From Candidatus Levyibacteriota bacterium (GTDB lineage: Bacteria; Patescibacteriota; Microgenomatia; Levybacterales; UBA12049), in contig JBBRCK010000001.1 of the NCBI GenBank assembly GCA_038205015.1, positions 1 through 49,861 on the forward strand: 49,861 nucleotides of DNA, read 5' to 3'. This document shows positions 1 through 8,936 of this stretch, piece after piece. How positions within the stretch are numbered: the stretch's first letter is position 1; the number at the start of each line of letters is the position of its first letter. The notes beneath the pieces are model-generated. The model saw only the letters and a program-made list of their open reading frames with translations. It made no database searches and was not told the origin of the DNA. The position numbers and the translations under genes were made by a program.

Positions 1-3000
1 ATAGGTTAACTGCAAGTTACTTGCTCCGGCTGTTACTACCGGGAATCCGACATTAGTTATTTGGAATTGATCCGTAAGAGGAGCAGCAGCTGCATTTACC
101 TGAACATTCTTATTAGTATTAGTAGGAAAGATGACATTACCAGTAGTTGAACCACCAATGGTCAAAAGCTGATTTCTTGCAGTTTGAATAGATCCTCCTC
201 CATTTGTTCCAAGAGTTAAATTTCCAGACATTGTTGCAGATCCTTCATTTAGTCCTGTACCATAAACTTGAAAGTACTGAGCATTGGAAGCAGATGATGT
301 ACTACTGTTTCCAATCAATAAATCATCGGTTACATTTGTAGGGGAGAGAGCTCCTAAGTTTCTCTGCCAGAATCCTCCACTTGTCAAAAGAGTTCCATTG
401 GAATATATATTCTGTCCATAAATATTTCTCCATTGCAAAGCTGCTGTTCCTAAATCAGTAACATTAGTAACACCCGGCACTACATTACCACCGGCTAAGT
501 TATTGGTTGGAGCCAAGGTTATATTTCCTGTAGTTGCTCCACCTAAAGTTAATTGTTGATTTAAAGTTGTCTGTATTTGTCCAAATCCCTGTCTGAAGGT
601 TAACTGTCCTCCAACAGAAGCTGTGCCTACGATATCAAAAAGTGCCGTTGGCGCTGCTGTTCCAATACCGACATTTCCCGTACCTCCAGCTACAACTAAA
701 TAATTGTTTCCAACTTGCAATCCTCCTCCTCCTGTAGAAGCATCAGCATCTCTGATAACAACTGTGCCGAAATCAATATAAACTGTTCCTCCATTTGCTC
801 CAGTTGACCTAATGGCTTTCCCCGAAGGTGAATAAATCATTATACTGTTGGTTGCAGTAATATTTACGGAGCCATTTACGTCTAATTTTTGAGTTGGTGT
901 AGTCGTTCCAATTCCAACATTGCCGTTTCCATTGTTAGGCATTAAAGTAATTGCTCCCGTTGTATTTCCACCAATTGTTAAAAGCTGATTTTTAGTTGTT
1001 TGGATAGAAGCTGTTGTTGAATCTAAAGTAATGCTTCCGGAGATTGAGGCAACTTGATTTCCCCTAGCCTGGGCTGAGTTAAGAAAAGCAAACTTTGCAG
1101 TTGCCGATGACTGCCCGCCGATTAAGAAGTCATCCATTGCATTGTTTGGCACTATAACTCCTAAGTTAGTTAACTCCGTAAAAGGACTAACTCCGCCTCC
1201 GGCTCCGCAGGTTCCAAAGCTAGGAGTAGCTCCACCCAAAAGGCACTGTGTAGCCGTACCAAGATTTGCGGTTGAGGCCCAAGTTCCAGAAGTCACATAC
1301 GGAATACCGGTCCAAGTTGTGCTGTTTTGCCCGGTTCCACCATAAAGTGCTCCAATGGCGGTTCCATTCCAAATGCCGGTTGTGATTGCCCCGGTATTAT
1401 CAACCGTAAATTTTGAAATACCTGAGGCAGAAGCACTGATCAACGGGCTATTTGTGCCTGTGGTGTTAATAGTTAGGGCTGATTGGGCAGAGCTTGAGGC
1501 TAAAATAGCAAATGTATCGTCAACCTCAACAGAGCCAATGGCTGAAGCAATATTGTTGCTGTTTGATGTATTAACTAATGGTTTGGTAAGGTCTATTACG
1601 CCACTTCCATCTGGAGCAATCTGAACATTTCCATTAGTACCTACGTTTGTTGTAAGTAGAAGAGGTTGTCCGGAAAGCTTAAATGAACCACCAATTGATT
1701 GAAAAACCGAACTTCCAGGCGTAAGTGCGCTTCCGATGGTTAAGTTTCCCGAAGAATCTAATGCAAGTATGGTATTTTTAGTTTGTGTTCCTCCTCTTGT
1801 GTCGGTAATTGGAGTCATGCCTTGTAGAGCCTCGGAATTGGCTGCGAATGCTACTGTTGCGAGTTGTTGTCTTGGAGTGAGTTCAGCCGTTGATTCAACC
1901 GTAACGCCTAAAAACAGTGCCGAATTTGAGGCAAAAAGACTTTGGGGAATATTGGTTATGTTTCCAAGTAGAGAATTAAATATTCCATCGGTATCAGGTG
2001 CAACTTGATCTACTTCTTGCCATAAAAGGGAAGAGCCTGTGGCTGCCAAAGTGTCATAAATTGCAAAACGCAAATTAGTAGGCGAGGTTATAGGATTATC
2101 GCTGTTATCGGTTAATCTTCCTTGAAAAGATAAGATTCTGGGTGGAGCACTTGGAGCTGCCGCCAATCCTGGAGTTTGAGCTCCTGCTCTAAAGAATGCG
2201 TTATAAAATCCAAACGTGAGCCCGATTAAAAAGATAACTAGCACGGCAAAGTTAAAGTAGTGAGCAATTGCATAAGAATGATATCTTTTGTACCAATTTG
2301 GTCGGTTATATCTTAAGGTAAACCAGGCCTTTCTATACCAAGGAAAGAATTTGGTCGAGATTTCCAATGGAGCATAAAATTCTTTTTTAATATTTTTTAT
2401 GCCTAGAATATTCTCATGGGAGAATTGTTTAGGAAGGTGAATTCTTTTAGCTTTTTCAAAAATTGGTTTTCCTTTAGCCTGCCATAGAACAATTTCAGCT
2501 TTCTCAACTAGTTTTACCAGTTGGGCAATTAAGGCAAAGTCTAAAGCTAAGCTGATTACTTTTGATATCTTCTGAAATAATCTGATAGGGGCAAAGTTGG
2601 AATATGGCTTTCTTTCTTCTTCAAACTTTGGAAGTTGGGTGAAGGCTGGGATTTGAGCTTCTAAAGATCTGATTTGTGGCTTTTCAACGATAACATTTTG
2701 TGCCTGTGCACCGAGCGGTTTAATAAGATTTTCCTGAGTTGCCCACAGAGTATATTTCCTAAGCGAGGATAGTTTTCGGTTAATTGTATTTGGAGAAAAT
2801 TCACCATGACTTAAAAGTCTTTGTTTGTATTCTTCGATTAGCTTCGCATTGACATGGTTTAAAATACTTGCTTTATCTTCATTTTCTTCCGGCCTTATTA
2901 CTTCTTCTGCCCAAGTTAAGAATTGTTTGATATCAATTAAGTAGTTTTTTATGGTTAAATGCGAGGCATTGTAAACATAAAGAAAGCTTTTAAAATCCCG

Positions 3001-3333
3001 AAGATGCCAAGGATCTGTCGGCTGTTGACTTGCTACTAAAGCTTGGAAAGGACTAATGGGCATTTTACCTTCTAAAACTAAGAAGCCAAAAAATTTACGA
3101 AGGGAAGAAAGATGTCTTTCAAAAGAACTTGCCGAAAAGTTTTCTGCATTATCTAGTTTAAAGCCCTCGATTGTTTGCCTATTGATTGCGGAAGGAGAGA
3201 AGGGAGTTGAATATTTTTGTTCGAACCATTTTACAAAATGATTGACATCAGAAAGATAATTTTTAACCGTAACCCTAGAGGGTACTTTCTCTTGTGAAAA
3301 TAGATAATTTTTAAAGGCAGATAATAAGTCCAT
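1..3333 (-). CDS. Giant membrane-anchored fibre-like protein with two N-terminal integrase core-binding (Phage_int_SAM-like) domains; 3' end runs off the window
   Basis: ATG at 3333, and manual translation finds no stop down to base 1 (1111 codons). The N-terminus has MDLLSAFKNYLFSQEKVPSRVTVKNYLSDVNHFVKWF...SASSFERHLSSLRKFFGFL and a second copy DFKSFLYVYNASHLTIKNYLIDIKQFLTW...SPNTINRKLSSLRKYTLW. Next come a TM helix (HYFNFAVLVIFLIGLTFGFYNAFF, ~2270-2195), then RILSFQGRLTD...LLWQE...DGIF...LTPRQQL, GNVGIGTTTP motifs and IQTxxNQxLTIGGxTTG repeats. Confidence 0.9.
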   Translation of the reverse strand, partial: MDLLSAFKNYLFSQEKVPSRVTVKNYLSDVNHFVKWFEQKYSTPFSPSAINRQTIEGFKLDNAENFSASSFERHLSSLRKFFGFLVLEGKMPISPFQALVASQQPTDPWHLRDFKSFLYVYNASHLTIKNYLIDIKQFLTWAEEVIRPEENEDKASILNHVNAKLIEEYKQRLLSHGEFSPNTINRKLSSLRKYTLWATQENLIKPLGAQAQNVIVEKPQIRSLEAQIPAFTQLPKFEEERKPYSNFAPIRLFQKISKVISLALDFALIAQLVKLVEKAEIVLWQAKGKPIFEKAKRIHLPKQFSHENILGIKNIKKEFYAPLEISTKFFPWYRKAWFTLRYNRPNWYKRYHSYAIAHYFNFAVLVIFLIGLTFGFYNAFFRAGAQTPGLAAAPSAPPRILSFQGRLTDNSDNPITSPTNLRFAIYDTLAATGSSLLWQEVDQVAPDTDGIFNSLLGNITNIPQSLFASNSALFLGVTVESTAELTPRQQLATVAFAANSEALQGMTPITDTRGGTQTKNTILALDSSGNLTIGSALTPGSSVFQSIGGSFKLSGQPLLLTTNVGTNGNVQIAPDGSGVIDLTKPLVNTSNSNNIASAIGSVEVDDTFAILASSSAQSALTINTTGTNSPLISASASGISKFTVDNTGAITTGIWNGTAIGALYGGTGQNSTTWTGIPYVTSGTWASTANLGTATQCLLGGATPSFGTCGAGGGVSPFTELTNLGVIVPNNAMDDFLIGGQSSATAKFAFLNSAQARGNQVASISGSITLDSTTASIQTTKNQLLTIGGNTTGAITLMPNNGNGNVGIGTTTPTQKLDVNGSVNITATNSIMIYSPSGKAIRSTGANGGTVYIDFGTVVIRDADASTGGGGLQVGNNYLVVAGGTGNVGIGTAAPTALFDIVGTASVGGQLTFRQGFGQIQTTLNQQLTLGGATTGNITLAPTNNLAGGNVVPGVTNVTDLGTAALQWRNIYGQNIYSNGTLLTSGGFWQRNLGALSPTNVTDDLLIGNSSTSSASNAQYFQVYGTGLNEGSATMSGNLTLGTNGGGSIQTARNQLLTIGGSTTGNVIFPTNTNKNVQVNAAAAPLTDQFQITNVGFPVVTAGASNLQLTY

Positions 3334-3376
3334 TAATTATTTTAAATAAATTCTTTTAAAACCTGTTTAGCTTCGA

Positions 3377-3403
3377 GATTATACGGATTATACGTTTTAT
3401 ACG
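3377..3403. repeat. Three tandem 9-bp direct repeats (GATTATACG GATTATACG TTTTATACG) in the leader of the SAM-fibre gene
   Basis: Directly visible in the sequence, between the predicted promoter and the ATG at 3333. Confidence 0.8.
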
Positions 3404-3434
3404 ACTGTGAAAATGATTTATTTAACACACTATT

Positions 3435-3464
3435 AGAATAAAGAATTATTCATAACTATGTCAA
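3435..3464 (-). promoter_or_regulatory. Sigma70-type promoter for the SAM-fibre gene
   Basis: TTGACA (3464-3459), 18 bp spacer, TATTCT (3440-3435). Confidence 0.55.
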
Positions 3465-3926
3465 GACCCTAGAGTAATATTGGTTGATTACCTCTGATGC
3501 AGTTTATAATAGTCAAATAACCTTGGTCACTGTTGTGAAAATTCGGTAATAAATTTTGTTTTAACGCACAAGGATTTAAATGCGGCTTTATATATTAAGC
3601 TATCGTAACATATCAAATAATATCCAAAATCCTATAACATTAGGTGATATAGTGTGAACTCTTAGGTAAAATATTAATGAAAATCGTAAAAATATTTTAG
3701 CCTCGCAGATTGATAATTGCCTAAGATGAGATACTGCTTTAAATATTGATATGTCAGTTGGGATGGTTGAGTGATAACAATTAGTTAATTTGTATTTAGA
3801 TTGATATGACAACGTTTTATAAAATATTAGCCATAAGTATATAATTTTGACTATTTTGTAATTTAAGGTTCAAAAATAAATGATTAAAAATTGCAAATTT
3901 ATTTTATTTTGAGCATAATAGTTGTA

Positions 3927-4865
3927 GTGAAAAGAATACTGCCCAAAAAAAGATTTAGGATTTTAGATTTAGGATTTAAGCATAAAAAGAAAGTTGTTTT
4001 ATCACTTCTTTTATCATGCTTACTATTATTAATTTCTATTTCAACATCTCATGCGCAGATACGTCCTCCATATGGTGGAGGATTAGACATAGAAGTCTCA
4101 GGAAGGGTAGGAGAGTTATATCTTAATCTTTCGGGATACGCATCGCCACTAGCCACGGTTGAGCTATATATCAATAATGTCTTTATAAGAGGAACAATTG
4201 CTGATGAAAACGGCGTCTTTTATATACCACAAGTTCTAATTAAAGCTGGTTTAACTAATTTTTGCTTGGTTATGGTTGATTATAGGCATGTTGGAAGATC
4301 GGAAAGTTGTTTTGATATTCCTCCGGCTAGTGCGACAGTTGACAAAAAGGAAGTATTCTTACCCCCGACATTGGCTTTGTCCAAAGGTGACATTGCAGAA
4401 GGAGAAGTAACTTTTGCTTATGGTTACACAATGCCTGGGGCAGAGGTTATATTACATGTGGGAGATAATGTGTTTAAGCTCAAGGCTGACAAAAACGGTT
4501 ATTTCAGGCTTGAGCTAAAAGGATTAAAAGCGGGTAAGTATTCAGTTTACGCAACTGCAAAGTATAAGAATTTTACTTCATCCTCGCCCGCGAAAAAACT
4601 GACAGTCCATGTGTTAAATTGGTGGGAGCAATTTTTAAGATTTTTACGAGACTTATGGAACAGTTTTATTAAGCTTTTTACCAATTGGTCCCTAGGGCCG
4701 CTTTGGCTTGTCATACCAATCATTATCCTAATTATTATACTCATCATAAAACTATGGAAAGACAAATTTACGTCGTTTTTTGGAAGTATTCTGCATTTCT
4801 TATTCATATTGATTCCTCGTCCTCGCAGTAAGAAGCTGCACCATGCGTGGTGGGTTGGCTACTAG
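3927..4865 (+). CDS. Secreted Ig-like domain protein with C-terminal membrane anchor
   Basis: Signal peptide ending SHA-Q, two beta-rich Ig-like repeats (GYASPLATVELY; GYTMPGAEVILH) and a C-terminal TM helix. The track start is TTG 3891. GTG 3927 is preferred because TTGCAA(3891)-17-CATAAT(3914) lies just upstream. Confidence 0.75.
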   Translation: MKRILPKKRFRILDLGFKHKKKVVLSLLLSCLLLLISISTSHAQIRPPYGGGLDIEVSGRVGELYLNLSGYASPLATVELYINNVFIRGTIADENGVFYIPQVLIKAGLTNFCLVMVDYRHVGRSESCFDIPPASATVDKKEVFLPPTLALSKGDIAEGEVTFAYGYTMPGAEVILHVGDNVFKLKADKNGYFRLELKGLKAGKYSVYATAKYKNFTSSSPAKKLTVHVLNWWEQFLRFLRDLWNSFIKLFTNWSLGPLWLVIPIIILIIILIIKLWKDKFTSFFGSILHFLFILIPRPRSKKLHHAWWVGY

Positions 4866-4884
4866 TATATAGAATATAAAAAAC

Positions 4885-5260
4885 ATGAATGACAAGAAAA
4901 AGATAGAAAGCTTAATAGATTTGTTAATTTGAAAAAAGCACATGAGGGGTATTTGATATTTGTAAGATTACTACAGACCTTGCTAAAGAAGAGGAATATT
5001 CGTTCTCTAATCAAATGAAGAGGGCGGCAATATTAATTAGTTCAAGCGTAGCGGAGGGTTTCTCAAGGAGAAGCAATAAGGAGAAATCTCAGTTCTATTT
5101 TATAGCTAAAGGTTCTCTAACTTAACTTCAGAATCAACTTTTGGTGGCAAGTGACATTGATTATTTACAGCAAGATAGGCTTAAATTAATACCAGATAAG
5201 ATAGTCAAGATTCACAAAATGATAAACACTTTTATAAAAAATATAGCTTCTAAATACTAA
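4885..5260 (+). pseudogene. Four-helix-bundle protein (23S rRNA IVP / TIGR02436-like) pseudogene
   Basis: MNDKKKIESLIDLLI*KKAHE, a frameshift, then VFDICKITTDLAKEEEYSFSNQMKRAAILISSSVAEGFSRRSNKEKSQFYFIAKGSLT*LQNQLLVASDIDYL. The family motif Q.RRAA.S...N.AEG is recognisable. Two stops and one frameshift. Confidence 0.85.
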
Positions 5261-5286
5261 ATTCTAGATTCTTGTAAAGCAAAGCT

Positions 5287-6297
5287 TTATTCTTTAGGGG
5301 ACTGTGCGGTTTCTTCTTTTACTTCCGGTGTTTCAGAGTGTTCTTTTTCAGCCTCTTTAGTGCCTTTAGAACCGTCTTTCTTCCTTTTCTTGAAGTACAT
5401 CCATCCGAGTATTATTGCAACGATTATGAGTATTATTACGACTGTGATTCTCCATGGAAATACCCAGAAGTAAACAGTAGCTGTTAATGGAAGGTTGTTA
5501 TTAATTCCATAGTTTGCCAAGAGTTCTGCTTTGTATCTTCCAATCATTAGGGTTTGTCCAATTGTGTTTTCGAAGTCTCTGGCTGCTTCAGGGAAAATGT
5601 CGTGTTTTGATAAGTCTTCGGATTTATTAAAGAATAATCCCGATACTGTGATTGTACCCTTTGGTGAGAAATGCAAATCTCCCATGTTTTTGATTTGAGT
5701 TAATATTTTTACCGGTCCGTATTCTTGGAAAGGATTAGCAAAGAATTTAACTACATTTGCTTTTTCTGTTACCGGTCCATTAACCGTAATCTTGAATAAG
5801 CTTCCTACTTGAGATTGAACCACTCCTCCGGAATTCTTACTGCCGGCACTTTTAACATCAGGAGTATAAACAACGGCTGCATAGTGTCCTCCTGGCCTTG
5901 CATTAAATGGAACTCTTAAATAATAGCTTAAGGTTTGATTTTCACCTGGTTTAAGAGTAAAGGTGGATGGAGAGATCCCCAACCATGCTGCTGCTGAATA
6001 TTTATTATTTAAAGTCCCAGGAGGTAAGATGTTTGGTGTTCCAACGGAATCTACGACTGTAAAATCTTCTACGGCCGCTTGAAAGGTAAGTGGTACATTT
6101 GATTGGTTGATTACTTTGGTTACTCCTTCAACATATTTTCCCGGATCAAGTTTTTGTTCAACAACCGGGTAAACAACCGTAATGGTTCGGGTAATTTCTT
6201 GAGCTGTAGCAATTCCAACTACTGAAAAGACAGTGGAGAGAGCTAGTCCTATTATTAAGTTCCTTTTTAAATTGTTTATTTTAGGCAGTTTTTTCAT
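5287..6297 (-). CDS. DUF916/DUF3324-like (WxL-interacting, PapD-like fold) membrane-anchored protein
   Basis: Signal peptide, WL.ISP..FTL.PGE, PGGHYAAV, KNMGDLHFSPKG, GRYKA, and a C-terminal TM helix with a basic tail. Confidence 0.75.
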   Translation of the reverse strand: MKKLPKINNLKRNLIIGLALSTVFSVVGIATAQEITRTITVVYPVVEQKLDPGKYVEGVTKVINQSNVPLTFQAAVEDFTVVDSVGTPNILPPGTLNNKYSAAAWLGISPSTFTLKPGENQTLSYYLRVPFNARPGGHYAAVVYTPDVKSAGSKNSGGVVQSQVGSLFKITVNGPVTEKANVVKFFANPFQEYGPVKILTQIKNMGDLHFSPKGTITVSGLFFNKSEDLSKHDIFPEAARDFENTIGQTLMIGRYKAELLANYGINNNLPLTATVYFWVFPWRITVVIILIIVAIILGWMYFKKRKKDGSKGTKEAEKEHSETPEVKEETAQSPKE

Positions 6298-6300
6298 ATT

Positions 6301-7809
6301 TTAGAATGTTGCCGTTGCAACGTAAGTAAATATTGTTCTGTAAATTCCAGGAGGGGTGAGTGATGTGATTGTAGCTCCGTACATTACTGCTGTTGTTTCT
6401 GCCGCTACTGGACCCAAAGAATATGATGCAAGCGTGTCGTAGAAATTGTTCGTGCCTGTATTCCAAGGGTTTGAGAACTTAGCTGTTCCATTGCTTCCGG
6501 CATCTGGCGCTGTACCTGCGTTTACCCATTGATCAGTATTTACAGCAGCTGTTCTTGATCCGCAAGCATGAATACCGAATGTTTGTGTTCCCAATCCGGT
6601 AATACTGATTACGGCTGGTGCCGGTAAATTATTATTTGTTAATCCATTTCCTCCGTTTGCATCAGAAAAGTACATTCCGCTTGCCGGATTTATAAATCTA
6701 CCGGAAGATGTGGCGGTGAGAGCATAGCCTGATGCTCCGTTAGTTGATACGGTGAGTCCCTGAAGAGCTTTGCTTAAAAAGTTTGGTCCAAGAGAGCCCA
6801 AGTCTACAAAGGTTGCTGTTGCTGTAAGACCTGAGTTTGAGAGTATTGAAACGCCGCAGCCACCGTTGGTAACAGGAGCTGAATTGGCATCTGTTCCACT
6901 GGCAAATCCGGTTATGGAGAAAGTAAGGGTTGGTTCAACCGTTCCTTGCACTTGAACGGAATCTATTGTTGCAATTTTAGCTGATCCAGTATCTAAAACA
7001 ACTGAACTTGCATCTTGCGTTTGAAGTCCGATTTTCCAATAATCTGCAGTACAAGTGGTTGCGCCTACGCAAGCCTGACCGGGAGACCTGGTTGGGTTAA
7101 CTAAAGCAGGAGTTGAAGAACCAATCGTAATGGTAACCGTTACAGCTCCGTTGATTTGAGCGGTTTGCACTAAGCAGGTTATAGATGGTGTACTTGGGGA
7201 TGTATTCGAGGTAGAGTGTGAGAAAGTACAAGTGGTTGCACCGGAAGAAAAAGATGCCGAGATATTTGTATCCTGAAGATTGTTAAATCCAAAACCGGTT
7301 GCAGAAGGAGAAGCTAAATTAGATCCCAGGATGTTATCGGTTATAGTTGGAAAAGTTATTATTATTTTTCCATTTACAGGAATTGAAGAGATAGTTGTAA
7401 ATTTAATTACATGTACTGCGGTTATTTCTTCAACAAGTGGTTCTCCACTATGATGTAAATTAGTTGTTGAGTTTGTAAAGTAAACTGTTCTTTGATTGGC
7501 GGCAGGGATTCCGGCAGCAGACATCGACGCGACGTTAAGTGAGTTAAGAGTTTCTCCTTTATCCCAAAGGTGTGCGCTATCTGAGGCAATAAAGTAAGAG
7601 CCGTTATCATAAATTACTGTCTGTCCGGATCCAACAGCTAAATTTGCTCCAGCAGTAACAAATATTGGTGCAGATGCGGAGGGTCTGGAAGTTGAGATTG
7701 TATCTGAAATACCCTGAAGTGAGGCTGCATTTGCTTTTTGGACAGAAAGCAAAGCAAATAAGACAATTATTCCTAGGAGAATTGAACTGTGTTTTATAAA
7801 TCGATTCAT
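6301..7809 (-). CDS. Secreted pilin/WxL-like surface protein (large, class B)
   Basis: Signal peptide, Ser/Thr/Gly-rich beta protein with Cys pairs, VQVQGTVEPTLTFSI, VSTNGASGY, and C-terminus PGIYRTIFTYVATATF. Confidence 0.65.
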   Translation of the reverse strand: MNRFIKHSSILLGIIVLFALLSVQKANAASLQGISDTISTSRPSASAPIFVTAGANLAVGSGQTVIYDNGSYFIASDSAHLWDKGETLNSLNVASMSAAGIPAANQRTVYFTNSTTNLHHSGEPLVEEITAVHVIKFTTISSIPVNGKIIITFPTITDNILGSNLASPSATGFGFNNLQDTNISASFSSGATTCTFSHSTSNTSPSTPSITCLVQTAQINGAVTVTITIGSSTPALVNPTRSPGQACVGATTCTADYWKIGLQTQDASSVVLDTGSAKIATIDSVQVQGTVEPTLTFSITGFASGTDANSAPVTNGGCGVSILSNSGLTATATFVDLGSLGPNFLSKALQGLTVSTNGASGYALTATSSGRFINPASGMYFSDANGGNGLTNNNLPAPAVISITGLGTQTFGIHACGSRTAAVNTDQWVNAGTAPDAGSNGTAKFSNPWNTGTNNFYDTLASYSLGPVAAETTAVMYGATITSLTPPGIYRTIFTYVATATF

Positions 7810-7839
7810 TTAATAAATACTTTAATAACTACTATTACT

Positions 7840-7868
7840 AATATGTGAGTTTTGAGATAAAAAGTCAA
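7840..7868 (-). promoter_or_regulatory. Sigma70-type promoter for 6301..7809
   Basis: TTGACT-17bp-CATATT on the minus strand. Confidence 0.5.
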
Positions 7869-7930
7869 GTAGCATTTTTACTACAATTTGAAGCTATTAT
7901 GTGTTCTCATGAGTAATTATGTGATTTAAA

Positions 7931-8935
7931 TTACACTTTTAAGCTCATTCTCTTTTTAACTCTTATTACTATATATATTGTTAAGCCAATAATTAGCAAA
8001 AGCCCCAGTAAATATTCCAAAGGAAAAGCGAAAAAAGCAATTCGTTTTCTAAAAACAGGGCCTTCGTTAGAAAGCGAAAGCGTTAAGTTTGCCGTATACG
8101 GTCCTAAAAGGAATTTTTCAGGCCAAATACTTACAGGAAACTGGTTTTTTTCAACCACGGCCTTAATTTTTTCATAATCCTTATCTGACGTGGTGGTTGA
8201 TTGAAGGGAGTCGGGGATTCGTCTCACGCTATTAGATAGTACGTTTTCCGGTAGCAGTAGCACTTTGCCAACTGCCTGACCAAAGAAGTTTTTAATAATA
8301 ATGTCGCCTTTTATGGTTATAAAGTGGTCACTGGTGTTTCTAAGCCGGATTGTAAACGGAACAGGGCCCTTAAAAGTTAAAAACGGAGAGGAGAAATCTT
8401 CGATTATTCCGTCGGTTTTGCCGGTTGGACCAACTGTGAGAAGCACATTGCTGGCAATTCCGGCCGATGCGCCGGTTGAATTTGAGGTATTGTTACCCAC
8501 GGGATTTGAAGTAAAGACGATCGAGAAATAATAATCTCCTTTGGGCTGGTCAACAGGAATTATAATTCTTAAGTTTAGTTCTTTTTTTTGTTTGGGAGAA
8601 AGGGTAATCGTGTCTATTTGGTTTCCGTTATCCGTAATTATTACTTTTTGGAAAAGGTTTGGATCGGGAAAATTACTTGAATCATCGGCAAAAGTTACTT
8701 GCCCGTTTTCATCTTGTGAAGCGGTAAAAGGCTTAAGAGAAAGCTTTAAATCTACCGGATTTTCGGTGAAGTTTTCGATTGTAAAGGGCGCATTTATATC
8801 GGATGGGGTAGTAGCTTGGACTTCAAAGATTGGTGGGTAAATGCCTATGTCAACGCCTTGCGCGTGCACTGCGTTTACAGACTTAAGATTTAAGATTAAA
8901 GAGATAAGAATAATTAAAATAATTTTTATTTTCAT
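7931..8935 (-). CDS. DUF916/DUF3324-like membrane-anchored protein
   Basis: Signal peptide, IYPPIFEV, PKGDYYFSIVF, RNTSDHF...G.I.I.N.FG, GPYTA, and a C-terminal TM helix with a basic tail. Confidence 0.75.
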   Translation of the reverse strand: MKIKIILIILISLILNLKSVNAVHAQGVDIGIYPPIFEVQATTPSDINAPFTIENFTENPVDLKLSLKPFTASQDENGQVTFADDSSNFPDPNLFQKVIITDNGNQIDTITLSPKQKKELNLRIIIPVDQPKGDYYFSIVFTSNPVGNNTSNSTGASAGIASNVLLTVGPTGKTDGIIEDFSSPFLTFKGPVPFTIRLRNTSDHFITIKGDIIIKNFFGQAVGKVLLLPENVLSNSVRRIPDSLQSTTTSDKDYEKIKAVVEKNQFPVSIWPEKFLLGPYTANLTLSLSNEGPVFRKRIAFFAFPLEYLLGLLLIIGLTIYIVIRVKKRMSLKV

Positions 8936-8936
8936 A

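Noticed and set aside
1142-3241. Plus-strand track ORFs 1142, 1355, 1736 and 3056
   Set aside because: They are antisense shadows of the long minus-strand ORF 3333 to <1.
2700-3333. Integrase or prophage call from the integrase-like N-terminus
   Set aside because: There is no catalytic tyrosine-recombinase domain, att site or phage structural gene, and the domains are fused to a TM helix and fibre.
3600-3812. 70-aa minus-strand ORF
   Set aside because: TTG start, no recognisable motif, and it lies in an AT-rich intergenic void.
4885-5260. Diversity-generating retroelement suggested by the Avd-related four-helix bundle near fibre genes
   Set aside because: No reverse transcriptase and no TR/VR pair with adenine-specific mismatches was seen in the window, and the gene is a pseudogene.
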